From Mobula hypostoma (lineage: Eukaryota), in NCBI RefSeq assembly GCF_963921235.1, contig NC_086097.1, forward strand, positions 66,280,001 to 66,344,000: a DNA stretch of 64,000 bases, written 5' to 3'. The position numbers and the translations under genes are program-made. The notes below the pieces were generated by a model that had not been told where the DNA came from, made no database searches, and saw nothing but the letters and a program-made list of their open reading frames with translations. This document shows, one piece after another, positions 13,591-26,351 of this stretch (the first letter of the stretch is position 1; every line of letters starts with the position of its first letter).

Positions 13591-14355
13591 CTGAACACAC
13601 AGTTTTTTGGCACAGATATAGGGAATGGTAGGGAAGCAACTAGAAAGGATTCTTTGGGATAGAATTTATGAGTATTTGTAAAACCATAGCATAATTAAGG
13701 AGAGTCAGTATGACCTTATGCAGGGCAAGCCATGTCTTGCTAACTTACGTGAGCAAGTTAGCTCGTTGCCTACCTGGATATAAGATGCTGTTTTGACAAG
13801 GTAAATTGGCTTACTATCATTACATGTACTGAAATACTGTGGAAAAAATTGTCTTGCATGTTTTTCGTACAAAATCAATCCATTATACAGTGCACAGAGG
13901 TAGTACAAGGTAGAGCAGCACATCCAGAAGATTAAAATGCATGAGTTCATGGTGGATTGGCCATTTGGATTTAGAATTAGTTTGCTCATAGAAAACAGGG
14001 TAGTGGTTGATGGAACTTACCTGACTTTAGGTCTGTGACTTGTATTCTGCAGAGGCCTCTGCTGTTTATGATATGCCCAAGGTTACAGTGCGATATAGAT
14101 TAGCTGCAAATATGAGCAGTGAAGTGACAAATGGAGATTAATCTAGCCAAGTGTGAGGTGCTGCACCTAGAAAGATCTAATGTGAAGGGTAATATACTGG
14201 TTATGGCAGGACACCTAACTGTGCTGATGAGCAGAAGGATCTTGGAGTGCAAGTTCATAACTCCCTGTAAGTGGGGAGGATGGTAAAGAAGGTATATGGC
14301 ATGCATGCCCTTATTAGTTGAGGAATTGAGCTTGAGTTCAGAAGTATTATTCCAA

Positions 14356-14466
14356 ACACAAGAAGAACTGCATATGCTGGAAATCCAAAATAAACTCAGC
14401 AGATCAGGCAGCATCTATGGAAAAGAGTAAACAGTTGATGTTTCGGGCTGATACACTTCTTCAGGA
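14356..14466 (-). mobile_element. Penelope-like element terminal (pLTR) fragment with a hammerhead-like motif
   Basis: Matches the terminus of the Penelope copies at about 24958-25050 and 49745-49885. The minus strand reads CTGAAGA...GAAACATC. Confidence 0.75.
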
Positions 14467-14481
14467 TGTTATATTGCAGCT

Positions 14482-14747
14482 GTTGGGCATGTGGCCAAGT
14501 GGTTCAAGGTGTTCGTCTAGTGATCTGAGGGTCGCTAGTTCGAGCCTTAGCTATGGCAGCGTGTTTGTGTCCTTGAGCAAGACACTTAACCACACATTGC
14601 TCTAGTGTCTGTGCGAGGAGTGGCGTCCCACACAGACTCCCAATCTGCGCCTTGTGAGGCATGAAAATGCCCGACGCAGGCCCCTCATGGTCTGAGTTGA
14701 CGTTCCCTCCCTCCCCCCTCCCCCCTCCCGCTCCCCCTCCCCCTTCC
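14482..14747 (+). mobile_element. tRNA-derived SINE (CORE-like body, C/T-rich tail)
   Basis: Pol III A box TGGCCAAGTGG (14492) and B box GTTCGAGCC, then a TGTGTCCTTGAGCAAGACACTTAACC core-like motif and a (CCCT)-rich tail. Confidence 0.8.
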
Positions 14748-14854
14748 TTTATAAAACTCTAGTTAGTCCACATTTGGAGTATTGCTTTCAACACTGGTCA
14801 TTCCATTGCAGGGAGGATATGGGTGATTTGGAGAGGATGCAGAAAAAGATTAGT

Positions 14855-17697
14855 CCATAAAACCATATAATAACCATATAACCATATAACAATTACAGCA
14901 TGGAAACAGGCCATCTCGGCCCTTCTAGTCCATGCCGAACTCTTGCTCTCACCTAGTCCCACCGAACTGCACTCAGCCCATAACTCTCCATTCCTTTCCT
15001 GTCCATATATCTATCCAATTTAACCTTAAACAACAACATCGTACCTGCCTCAACCACTTCTGCTGGAGGCTCATTCCACACAGCCACCACTCTCTGAGTA
15101 AAGAAGTTCCCCCTCATGTTACCCCTAAACTTTTGTCCTTTAACTCTCAACTCATGTCCTCTTGTTTGAATCTTCCCCACTCTCAATAGAAAAAGCCCAT
15201 CCACATCAACTCTATCTATCCCCCTCATAATTTTAAACACTTCTATGAAGTACCCCCTCAACCTTCTACGCTCCAAAGAATAAAGACATAACTTGTTCAA
15301 CCTTTCTCTGTAACTTAGGAGATGAAACCCAGGCAACATTTTAGTAAACCTCCTCTGTACTCTCTCAATTTTATTGACATCTTTCCTATAATTCGGTGAC
15401 CAGAACTGTACACAATACTCCAAATTTGGCCTTACCAATGCCTTATACAATTTCAACATTACATCCCAACTCCTATACTCAATGCTCTGATTAATAAAGG
15501 CCAGCATACCAAAAGCTTTCTTCATCACCTTATCCACATGAGATTCCACCTTCAGGGAACTATCCACCATTATTCCTAGATCCCTCTGTTCTACAGCATT
15601 CTTCAATGCCCTACCATTTACCATGTATGTCCTATTTTGATTAGTCCTACCAAAATGTAGCACTTCACATTGTTCAGCATTAAACTCGATCTGCCATCTT
15701 TCAGCCCACTCTTCTGTCCTAAATCTCTCTGCAAGCTTTGAAAACCTACCTCATCATCCACAACACCTCCTATCTTAGTATCATCTGCATACTTACTAAT
15801 CCAATTTACCACTCCATCATCCAGATCATTAATGTATATGACAAACAACATTGGACCCAGTACAGATCCCTGAGACACACCGCTACACACCGTCCTCCAA
15901 TCTGACACACAGTTATCCGCCACTACTCTCTGGCATCTCCCATCTAGCCACTGCTGAATCCATTTTACTACTTCCATATTAATGCCTAACGATTGAACCT
16001 TCCTCACTAACCTTCCGTGTGGAACCTTGTCAAAGGCCTTACTGAAGTCCATATAGACAACATCCACCGCTTTACCTTCATCAACTTTCTTAGTAACCTC
16101 ATCAAAAAATTCAATAAGATTTGTCAAACATGACCTTCCACGCACAAATCCATGTTGACTGTTCCTAATCAGACCCTGTCTATCCAGATAATTATATATA
16201 TCATCTCTAAGAATACTTTCCATCAATTTACCCACCACTGACGTCAAACTCACAGGCCGATAATTGCCAGGTTTACTCTTAGAACCCTTTTTAAACAATG
16301 GAACCACATGAGCAATACGCCAATCCTCCGGCACCATCGCCGTTTCCAATGACATTTGAAATATTTCTGTCAGAGCCCCTGCTATTTCGACACTAACTTC
16401 CCTTAAGGTCCTAGGAAATATCTTGTCTGGACCTGGAGACTTACCCACTTTTATATTCCTTAAAAGCACCAGTACTTCCTCTTCTTTAATTGTCATACTT
16501 TCCATAACTACCCTTCTTGTTTCCTTTACCTTACACAATTCAGCATCCTTCTCCTTAATGAATACCGAAGAAAAGAAATTGTTCAAAATCTCCCACATCT
16601 CTTTTGACTCCACACATAACCTTCCACTTTGATTCACCAAGGGACCAATTTTATCCCTCACTATCCTTTTGCCACTAACATAACTGTAGAAACCCTTTGG
16701 ATTTATTTTCACCTTACTTGCCAAAGCAGCCTCGTATTTTCTTTTAGCTTTTCTAATTTCTTTCTTAAGATTCTTTTTACATTCTTTATATTTCTCGAGT
16801 ACCTCATTAACTCCAAGCTGCCTATATTTATTGAAGATTCCTTTCTTTTTCCGAACCAAGTTTCCAATATCTCTTGAAAACCATGGCTGTCTCAAACTTT
16901 TAACCTTTCCTTTCAACCTAACAGGAACATAAAGATTCTGAACCCTCAAAATTTCACTTTTAAATGACCTCCATTTCTCTATTACATCCTTCCCATAAAA
17001 CAAATTGTCCCAATCCACTCCTCCTAAATCCTTTCGCATCTCCTCAAAGTTAGCCTTTCTCCAATCAAAAATCTCAATCCTAGGTCTAGTCCTATCCTTC
17101 TCCATAATTACACTGAAACTAATGGTATTGTAATCACTGGACCCGAAGTGCTCTCCAACACATACGTCCGTCACCTGCCCTGTGTCATTCCCTCGTAGGA
17201 GATCCAACACTGCTCCTTCTCTAGTTGGTATCTCTATGTATTGCTCCAAAAAACTATCTTGCACACATTTGACAAACTCCAAACCATCCAGCCCTTTTAT
17301 AGAATGGGCTTTCCATTCTATGTTTGGAAAATTAAAATCTTCCACAATCACAACCTTGTGCTTACTACAAATATCTGCTATCTCCTTACAAATTTGCTCC
17401 TCCAGTTCTCGATTCCCATTAGGTGGTCTATAATACACCCTATAAGCGTCACAACACCTTTCCTATTCCTCAATTCCGCTCAAATAGCCTCCTTAGATGA
17501 GTCCACTAATCTATCCTGCCAGAGCACCGCTGTTATATATTCTCTGACAAGCAATGCAACACCTCCCCCTCTTGCCCCTCCTATTCTATCACACCTGAAG
17601 CAACGAAATCCTGGAATATTTAGTTGCCAATCACACCCCTCCTGCAACCACGTTTCACTAATAGCTACAACATCATATTTCCAGGTATCAGTCCATA
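14855..17697 (-). mobile_element. CR1 LINE, 5'-truncated, with near-intact ORF2 (APE and RT)
   Basis: ORFs 17480-17731, 15618-17438 (606 aa, YADD) and 14953-15663, plus an (AACCATAT)n tail on + at 14855-14890. Confidence 0.95.
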
Positions 17698-17699
17698 CT

Positions 17700-18914
17700 C
17701 TAAAGCATAGGAACAGAATTAGGCCATTCAACCCATCGAATCTGCTTCAACTTTCCATCATGGCTGATTTATTATCCCTCTCAACCCCATTCTCCTGCCT
17801 TCTGCCTGTAACCTTTGACTCCCTGAGTAATCAACATATCAACCTCTGCTTTAAATATACTTAGTGACTTGGCCTCCACAGCCACCTGTGGCAATGAATT
17901 CCACAAATTCACTATACTCTGGCTAAAAAAATTCCTCCTTATCTTTGTTATAAAGGGATGTCGTTCTATTCTGAGTCTGTGCCCTCTGGTCCTGGACGTA
18001 GCTACTAAACGAAACATCTTCTCCATATCCACTCTACCTGGGCCTTTCAATATTCAATAGATTTCAATGAGATGCCCCCTCATTCTTTTAAGCACCAACG
18101 ACTACAGGCTCAGAATCATCAAATGCTCCTCACACATTAACCCTTTCATTCTCAGAATATTTCTCGTGAACCTCCTCTAGACCCTTTCAAATGCCAGCAC
18201 ACCTTTTCTTAGATAAGGGACTCAAAACTGTTCACAATACTCTCAAGTGCAGTCTCACCAATGCCTGATAAAGCCACAGCGTTACATCCTGGCTCTTGTG
18301 CTCTAGTCCTCTCAAAATGAATGATAACATTGCACTTGCCTTCTTTATTACCAACTTAATCTGCTCTGCAACTTAACCTTTAGGGAATCCTGCACAAGGA
18401 CTCCTAAGTCTCTTTGCACTTTGATTTTTTTTCTGCCAGTTTAGAAAGTATTCTATGCCTTTATTCCTCCTTCTAAAGTGCATGACTATGCACTTCTCTA
18501 CATTGTATTCCATCTGCCACTTCACTATCCACTCTTCAATCTTAAGTACTTCTGCAGATTCCCTGCTCTCTCAACACTACCTTCCCCTCTACCTATCTTT
18601 GTATCATATGCAAACTTGGCCACAAAGCCATCAATTACGTCATCCAAAACATTGATATAATGTGAAAAGAAGCGGTCCCAATTTCAGACTCTACAGAACA
18701 CCAGTAGTTACTGGCAGCCAACCAGAAAAGGCCTCATTTATTTCCACTCTTTGCCTCCTGCCAGACAGTCAATCTTCTATCCATGCTAGTATCTTACCTC
18801 TAATACGGTGGGCTCTTCTCTTGTTAAGCAGCCTCATATATGGCACCATGTCAAAGGTCTTCTGAAAATCCAAGTAAATATCATCCATTGATTCTCCTGT
18901 GTCTATTCTGCCTT
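17700..18914 (-). mobile_element. Degraded CR1 3' fragment
   Basis: ORF 17781-18050(-) encodes the CR1 C-terminus (RTRGH...FFSQ..VNLWNSLP), with RT remnants up to about 18900. Confidence 0.85.
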
Positions 18915-19121
18915 TATCAGAATGCTTTCTGCATTTAGAGGGCATTACTGTAAGTAGAGGTTGGACATACTTTGGTTGTTTTCTCTGGAATGGCAGAGAA
19001 TGAGGGGAGATTTGATTGAGGTTTATAAAATTATAAGAGGCACAGATAGAGTCAGTAGCTACTATATTTTTCCCAGGGTGAGAATGTCTAGCATAGTGGG
19101 CATTCTTTGAAAATGAGGGGG

Positions 19122-20181
19122 CAATGCTCCTTCTAATGTGTAATGACCAGTGTGCACAAAAATCTTATACTGTGCAATTTTCTGCATGTGCGCGCTGAAT
19201 TTTTAAGTGGAAGTAAACCTGAAGCTATTCTAAGGATAATAAACTACCAAGTCCAGTTTGTTGTTCATTGTTTAAAAGAAATAAAATAATACACATCAAT
19301 GAGTCTTATTTCTCATGTACTGTACAACAGCATGTAATAATATCAATCTTTTCACGTTATTAAAATTGTTTAAAATTGTCAAACAAAACTTATAAAATTA
19401 CAAATCTAGTTGACAAAATATTCAGATAGGTATTTTATTTGGCAATCATTGCATTCAGCACATATTTTGTAGCTTATAGATGTATTCATTTTAACAATTG
19501 GCAAAACACTGTCAATAAGAAATTTGATCTGCTCTGGGTTTGATCATTTTTGTTCTCATTCATTTGCACTCTCACAAAACATATATAGCAGGCCTGTAGC
19601 GGGTAATGAAAGATTTTCTCACCGGAATTTTTGTACACCGTCCATATGTGACTTGCTTGTTAAATGATGCTTTAAAAGGTCAAATTTCCAAATATCACTC
19701 CATTTCTTCCCACTTGCAATTTCTCCAACAACTTTTGCATTGTGACAATTCATGCAGGTAACACCAGTTTCTGTATTGTACATAAACATTATTTGTAGCT
19801 GCACGTTCCTGACCTCATGAGCTTTCAGTGTAGCAGTTTCTACTGTTTCATTCAGCCATTCCACTTTAAGTGAACTAGCAGTTTTGTGGTGCTTTGTGTC
19901 CTTTGTTTCTTTAGAATTCGACATAATGAATCAATAATTTCTTCAATAAAAACAGTATAAATAAGCCAGTCCTAAAATCTGCAGACAAATTATCGCAAAT
20001 TCCACGTTGTCAGCACTGTCCGCATCAGAAACTGGAGAAAGAGATGTGATTGTGAACGATTGTGAAATATACTTAATATGCCAATGAAGTAGAGGATGAC
20101 AAACTTTTGTGCACAGTTTAAATTCCTTTGTATGCTAGTAGCAAAAGATGTGTGCACACGCACACCTTAGAAGGAACATGG
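19122..20181 (-). mobile_element. Non-autonomous hAT-superfamily DNA transposon with an N-terminal zinc-finger transposase remnant
   Basis: TIRs CAATGCTCCTTCTAATGTGT and (reverse complement) CCATGTTCCTTCTAAGGTGT, 8-bp TSD TGAGGGGG/TGGGGGGG (7/8), and ORF 19619-19924(-) with CxxC...HHLTSKSH. Confidence 0.82.
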
Positions 20182-20671
20182 TGGGGGGGAGGATTAAGTT
20201 CAATGGAAGATGTGTGGGGCAACTGTTTTACATAGAGCATGGTGTGTGCCTGGATTACAATTGCCGGGGGTAGTGGTGAGGGAAATATGACAGAAGTATT
20301 CAAGAGGTTCTTAGATTGGCACATGAATATACAGAGAATGGAGGGATATGGACATTGTGTAGACAGAAGGAATTGGTTTAATTGGAGATTTAATTTATAG
20401 ATTAATTAGTTAGCCACAACACTGTGGGCCGATGGGCCTATTCCTGTTTTGTACTCCATGTAGAAGTAGCTTGCTTTTGATGTCTTCAAAGATCATTAAA
20501 GTACGAACAAAAGATGAGCATTAGTGTATTATTTTTGAATTGAAATATCCTTCATAATTTTGATACAGGATTTAAATATAAATATGAGGTTTGAGAATTA
20601 AATACAGGTTTCAATTGTCAATTCAAGAATGGAATTTTCTTAAAATCCAGAAGTGAATTACAGGGGCATTT

Positions 20672-20686
20672 CTGCCCTCTAGTGTT
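20672..20686 (-). promoter_or_regulatory. Candidate CTCF-binding motif
   Basis: The minus strand reads ACACTAGAGGGCAG, one mismatch from the core CCACTAGAGGGCAG, about 60 bp upstream of a coding exon. Confidence 0.35.
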
Positions 20687-20748
20687 CAAGGATTAGAGCG
20701 CTAATATAGTAAGAATATTAATATTAAAATAACTTCCTTATCTTAAAG

Positions 20749-20910
20749 GAGGCTCCAGAAGTAACAACTGTGTATAAAGAAGAAGATAATGTAATAAATT
20801 CACAATCTGAGTGTGTAATGAAAACCACACAATCTGAGGATAATGTGATAATTCCACAATCTGAAGAGGAAGTATTAATGGAAGATTTTCATCAGATGGC
20901 TGAAAAACAG
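20749..20910 (+). CDS. Internal coding exon of unidentified host gene (EAPEVTTVYK...QMAEKQ), phase 0-0
   Basis: tcttaaag|GAG acceptor, 54 open codons and CAG|gtgaga donor. Confidence 0.8.
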
Positions 20911-22946
20911 GTGAGAAAGATGTAGTTTAATCTTAATGGGACTGTACCAGATAAGTATAGTTGTTTGATTAGTATTTTGTTTTCAACAGAAGATGAGGAA
21001 GTAATCTGTAGTTTATTTAATTTTAAATAATATGTAAGTTCAACTGATAACTGTTTCGCAACTGCATTGCTGATTTTTATTTATGGAGTTATTGGACATT
21101 GAGAGTTCTTGTGGCCCTGTTCTACTTAAGTTTATGTGTGATATTCACACATGAAGGACTTTTCAAGAAGGAAGGAAATTCAAAGAGCAAATTTTCATTG
21201 TATTCCTTTGGGACATCTAGGAGTTAAAAATAATTATCTCACTTTGTTGGCAGCATTGTAAGCTACATTTTTGAAGCCTGGGCCAGCCACTTCCCAATTC
21301 TTCTACTGAATTATTAAAGTTATTGCTTCTATATGATCCAAGCTAAACAATTATCATTATAGGAGTGCCTTCCATGCTCTCGATAAATTTGGCAAGCTGT
21401 TTTGCTTTCAATATCCCAGTGATAATATCTACAATAATTAACATTCAAACTTTCACTAAACTGTTCTTGCATACCTGTGCTTTGCATTATCTACTACAGA
21501 TGTGTAGGATGGTCAACTGCATCTTGTAATAAAAACAAATACATTCTGTAGATCTAACAGGAAAGGAGGACCTGTATTTTGCTGTCTTGTTTTTCTCTTA
21601 AGTGAAAAATCATGGAACTGTACTCATTCCTTTTTAATGGGTCTTTAATTTTCATTTAGCTTGACTGTTAAGGTGGCAGCAACATCTTTTGTTTATTTGG
21701 AAATTGTTCACCTGGAAGGAACTTTGTCAAAAGCTGACGCAGAGTCAAACTAATGTCTTGTGCGATATTACCATTTGTTTTATCCTTCATGTTTTCAGGT
21801 GCGTAGAGATGGATAACAGGCAGTACTAAATTCACAATAGTGGGTTTTTGTTTTAGTTATTTCTACATTTTTGCTCTCTACAAACCCATTTGTTTTTTAC
21901 TTTTAAGTTTTTTTTCTTGTAATAGATCAAAGATCTATAACTTCTTGGAGCAGTTTTCTCACCTTTCTTAAGTACACTTATTAAGCATATATCTCTGGTT
22001 CCATGCCTGTTAGATTTCTTAAGAAAATTAAAAATCCTTCAGGTCAACAATTAGCACTTAAAAGTTATTTTGATATGCTTCCCAATACCTTGGGAAAATG
22101 TGCCATTTAAACTGCAGGACTTTTTAAGTCACACTTTTTCTAGTATATTCATCTGTTCTATTAGAAGGCAGTACAGTGACCTGAGCTAAGGAGAGCCCAT
22201 TGGTAAAATGATTTAAAGTAGGGAATGCCTCGTTGATAGTTACACTGAATCAGGTGTGGTGAGGAGCTATTTAGATCAGTTATGCCAGTGGGAAAAACAG
22301 TTGGGCAAACAACATTTGCTTCAGATTACTGTGTATAATTTGGAAAGTATTGTATCACAATGTTTGTGCAACTATACTAAAGAAAAGATGTGATTTTATT
22401 GGAAAGAGTGAAAAGGAAATTTAAGATGATGTTGCCATGACTAGGAAACTATGGCTATGATAAAAGGTTGAATAAGCTAGCATTTTTTTGGAAAAAACAA
22501 GGCTGAGGAAAGACTTATGTATCATAAGAAATTAGAAGGGGAGTTTTTAAAGACCTTGTGAAAATCCACATACACCAGAATAGAGAGAATCTATAATGTC
22601 CCATACACAGCATAAACTACAAGATGCGGTATTGTTAGACCTTAGCGGCCTGGAAAAATCAGGAAGGGTAAAATGTACAGAGTGATAGTGACTTTTATCT
22701 CTACTGGTAAAGTGGTCCAGATGTGAGGACATACTTGGAGGTCTGCCTACTTTCAAAATGTAAGCTGTTATACTAAACTTTACATCTGATTGAAGGTTTA
22801 CAATAAAGAGGAAATTTTTAATTTTACATCTCTGGTGAGTGCCTTGCCTTCTGATTGGGTTGTATTGTGTGTCATTTTGCAAATAAGATGTTTCCTCTTT
22901 AGGACTAATTTTTTAAAAAGATTAATATTGCTATTGTATTGTTTAG

Positions 22947-23192
22947 ATTGAAGAGGAGATTATGGAATCTCTTACAGAAATTGGTCATAAGGTCAAACTG
23001 CAAGAAGAAGCCACAAAGGATTTGGATGACACTTTATTAAATGCAGTTAGTTTTCCAGCACCCAAAGGTGTAACTGCATCTATTTATGAAGAGGAGGCGT
23101 TTTTAAAACAGAGTGTCTTTGAAATTACAGAGAGTTTTCAGGATACTCTAACTAATGAAGAAGCACTGAGGATTCTTGCATTACCTACAGAG
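22947..23192 (+). CDS. Internal coding exon (IEEEIMESL...LALPTE), phase 0-0
   Basis: gtttag|ATT acceptor, 82 open codons (ORF track 22962-23213) and GAG|gtaggt donor. Confidence 0.85.
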
Positions 23193-23269
23193 GTAGGTTT
23201 TAAAACCATTTAACAGATATTCACAATTATTCAATCTTGTTGACAGTTTTGACAGTAAAGCCAAGATAT

Positions 23270-25050
23270 GACAATTATAGACCTTTACCTTGATTCCATT
23301 CTATCCCACTTGGCTCTGTCCCTTCCTACCTACATCTACAACACATCTCATGCTCTTGATCTCCTCAGTAAATTAAAATTCCCTGGCCCTGTCTGCCTCA
23401 TTTTCACCATGGATGTCCAGCAACCCCCACCCCCATCAAGAAGGCCTCAAAACTCTCTGCTTTTTTGACAAAGGAACCAACCAATCCTCCTACATGTGGC
23501 AGAACTTAACAATTTTTCCTTTGGCTCCTCCCACTTTCTCCAAACTTGAGGGGCACGGGCCTCAGCTGTGCCTGTCTCTTCTTTGACCATTTAGAACAGT
23601 CCATGTTCGAAGCCTTTCCTGGTAAAACTCTCCAACTGTTCCTCTGCTACATTAACGACTACATTGGTGCTGCTTTATGCACCCATGCTAAGCTCGCCAA
23701 TTTCATCAGTTTTGCCTCTAACTTCCACCCTGCCCTGAAATTCTGTTGGTCCATCTCTGACACCTCCCTCTCCTTTCTCGATCTCTCTGTTACCATCTCT
23801 GGAGACAATCTGTCAACCAATATCTTTTATAAACCTATCAATTTCCAAGGTTAACTTGACTATACCTCTTCCTACCCCATGTCCTGTAAAAATGTTATTC
23901 CCTTTTCTCAGTTCCTTCACATCTGGTGCATCTGTTCCCAGGACACTGCTTTCTGTATCTAGACATCAGAGGTGTCCTCCTTCAAAGAAAGGGGTTTCCC
24001 TCCCTCCACCATTGATGCTGCTTTCACTCGCACCTCCTCCATTTCCCGAACATCCTCACTCACCCAACCTTCCAGCCGCCTTAACAGTGATAGAATTCCT
24101 CTAGTCCTTACTTACCCATCCCATCAGCCTCCACATCCAACACATCAAACACATCATCCTCTCATCCTCTGCAACTTACGCCATCTCCAAAGGGATCTTA
24201 CCACTAAATATATCTTTATCTCTCCCCCCCCCACCACCAACTTTCCACGGGGATCTCTCCCTTCATGATTCCTTTGTCCATTTGAACCTCCCCATTAATC
24301 TTCTTCCAGGAACTTATCCCTGCAAGCGGCCTACGTGCTACACCTGCCCAAACACCTCCTCCCTTACCTCCATTCAGGGTCCCAAAAAGTCCTTCCGGGT
24401 GAGGTAACACTTCACCTGTAAATCTTCTGACAGTTGTCTATTGTGTCCAGAGCTCCCGATGAGGCCTTTTCTACATTGGTGAGATGAGTCATAAATTGGG
24501 GGACTGCTTCATTGAGCACCTCCGTTCCACAGAACTTCCCGGTGGCCAAGTATTTTAATTCTGATTCTCATTCATGTTCTGACATGTTGGTCCATGGTCT
24601 CCCCTTGTGCCAAGATGAGGCCACTCTCAGGGTGGAGGAGCAACACCTTATATTCCATTTAGGTAGCTTCCACAATGATGACGTGAATATTGGTATCTCC
24701 TTTCAGTAAAAAAAATCCCTCCCCCTCCCTTCTACCTTTATTCCCCACTCTTGCTTTTTCCCTCTTCTCACCTGCTTATCACTTCCCTCTGGGCCCCCTC
24801 CTCCTTCCCTTTCTCCTACAATTCACTCTCCTCTCCTATCAAATTCCTTCTTCTCCAGGTTTTTACCTTTCCCACTCACTTGGCTTTCCCTTCTAGCTAG
24901 CTTCCTTCCTCGCCCCTCCCCCCACTTTTTTCTTTTAACGCCTTGCCCCTTCCTTCTCAGTCCTGAAGAAGGGTCTCGTTGCAAAATGTCGACTGGTTAT
25001 TCATTTCCATAAATGCTTCCTGACCTATTAAGTTTCTCCAGCATTTTCTT
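23270..25050 (+). mobile_element. Degraded Penelope-like retroelement (RT, GIY-YIG endonuclease, pLTR)
   Basis: LIFTMDV, CYIND (YIDD-like), IFYKP, IPFSQF, VVYC...FYIGE and LRVEEQHLIFHLGS motifs, a pyrimidine-rich tract, and a terminal hammerhead-like motif at 24958-24995. Confidence 0.88.
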
Positions 25051-25775
25051 CAGCAATGATTTCCTTTAAGTAATTGATGGGGTGAAAGCTACATTGTAAA
25101 ATGGGAAAAATTCTGCATTGCTTAAGACTTTGTTGAAAGATTTAAAAACTTGTCAAGAACAAATGGCTTTATTTCAAGGGTGGCTATTGTCAGGAGTTCA
25201 CTGTAAAAGAGGCAAAAAATGATCAAATTTAAAAGATACCCAGTTGAGAACTGGAAGTTTCTAATCTACAGAACCACAGTCAAAGAACTAGAAAATGAGT
25301 TTTATCAGAATTGCTCCAGTTTTGGTGAGCAGCTTGGAATTGGTTTCTCAATGACGATTGTATCTAAGGGACACTTAGAAGTGTTTTTAGAAATAGGTGA
25401 TGAGCTAACATGATTGCAGAAGATTGGGGCCATGCTCTTCATAAATGAGTGCTGTGAAGAATGGTGAAAATTTCACTTGTAATTATAAGGATGTTATAAA
25501 CATTGTGAAGTTACTTTTGTTTAAAAATGCATTTTAGACCATTCAACTGAATGGAATCTACATACAGTACAAATACAATGTATAAATGTATTATTTTTAA
25601 TTTAATATTTTGTACATATTTACCACTGAAGGAACACGTTTTATTATGAACCGTAACTTTTAAAAATGATCATTACAATTTTTTAACTCAAGATGTATTT
25701 TAATATAGATTTGATGTTTATCTGATTGATTTTAAAATGTATTTGCAGGCAATTTACTTTATGTTTTGGTTTCAG

Positions 25776-25883
25776 TTAAGTAACTTCAGAGTTGATGGTG
25801 AAAAGCACAGTGATCACCAACAGAAACAATCGTATTCAGATATGCTGAAACAGTATTTTCACAGACGTCTCTTTGTAAACCAG
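25776..25883 (+). CDS. Internal coding exon (LSNFRVDGEK...RLFVNQ), phase 0-0
   Basis: ggtttcag|TTA acceptor, 36 open codons and CAG|gtttaa donor. Confidence 0.75.
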
Positions 25884-26351
25884 GTTTAATAAATCAGATT
25901 TAATTCAAGAAGAGCATGACAGCAATTAGATGTTCCAAGGCCGGGAGAGTTTTAATTATTGGGGAAGATTGGCTAGGTTAAGGTTATTCTCTTTTAGGGT
26001 AATTGGTTGAAGGACCAAAGATGAGTCGAAGAAAAATATTTTCATCAGAGCCAGTGGACATTGTCAGGAATTCACTGCTTAGTATATTCAGTACAAAAGC
26101 TAGCAAATCAGTTTGCAGTTGTATAAAACTTCTGTGAGGCTACGTTTGTAGTACTATGTACAGTTCTGTTGGCCACATTACAAGAAGGGTGTGGTGACTT
26201 TGGTAAGGGTGAATAAAAGGATCACCAAGAAGTTGCATGGATTACAGAGTATTGGCTGAAGTGAGAGATTGAACAAACTTTAATTTTCTCTGGACTGTGG
26301 GAAGCTGAAGGGTGACTTGATAAAATTATGAGAGACATAGGTAGGGTAGAT

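Larger units (their letters stand above)
13620..20460 (+). mobile_element. Old degraded CR1 (pieces at about 13620-14853, 18915-19121 and 20190-20460) hosting several younger insertions
   Basis: Degenerate CR1 RT/3' sequence is collinear across the nested insertions. Confidence 0.65.

Noticed and set aside
14485..14560. tRNA gene
   Set aside because: A and B boxes are present, but the sequence continues into a SINE body and tail and interrupts a CR1, so it is a SINE head.
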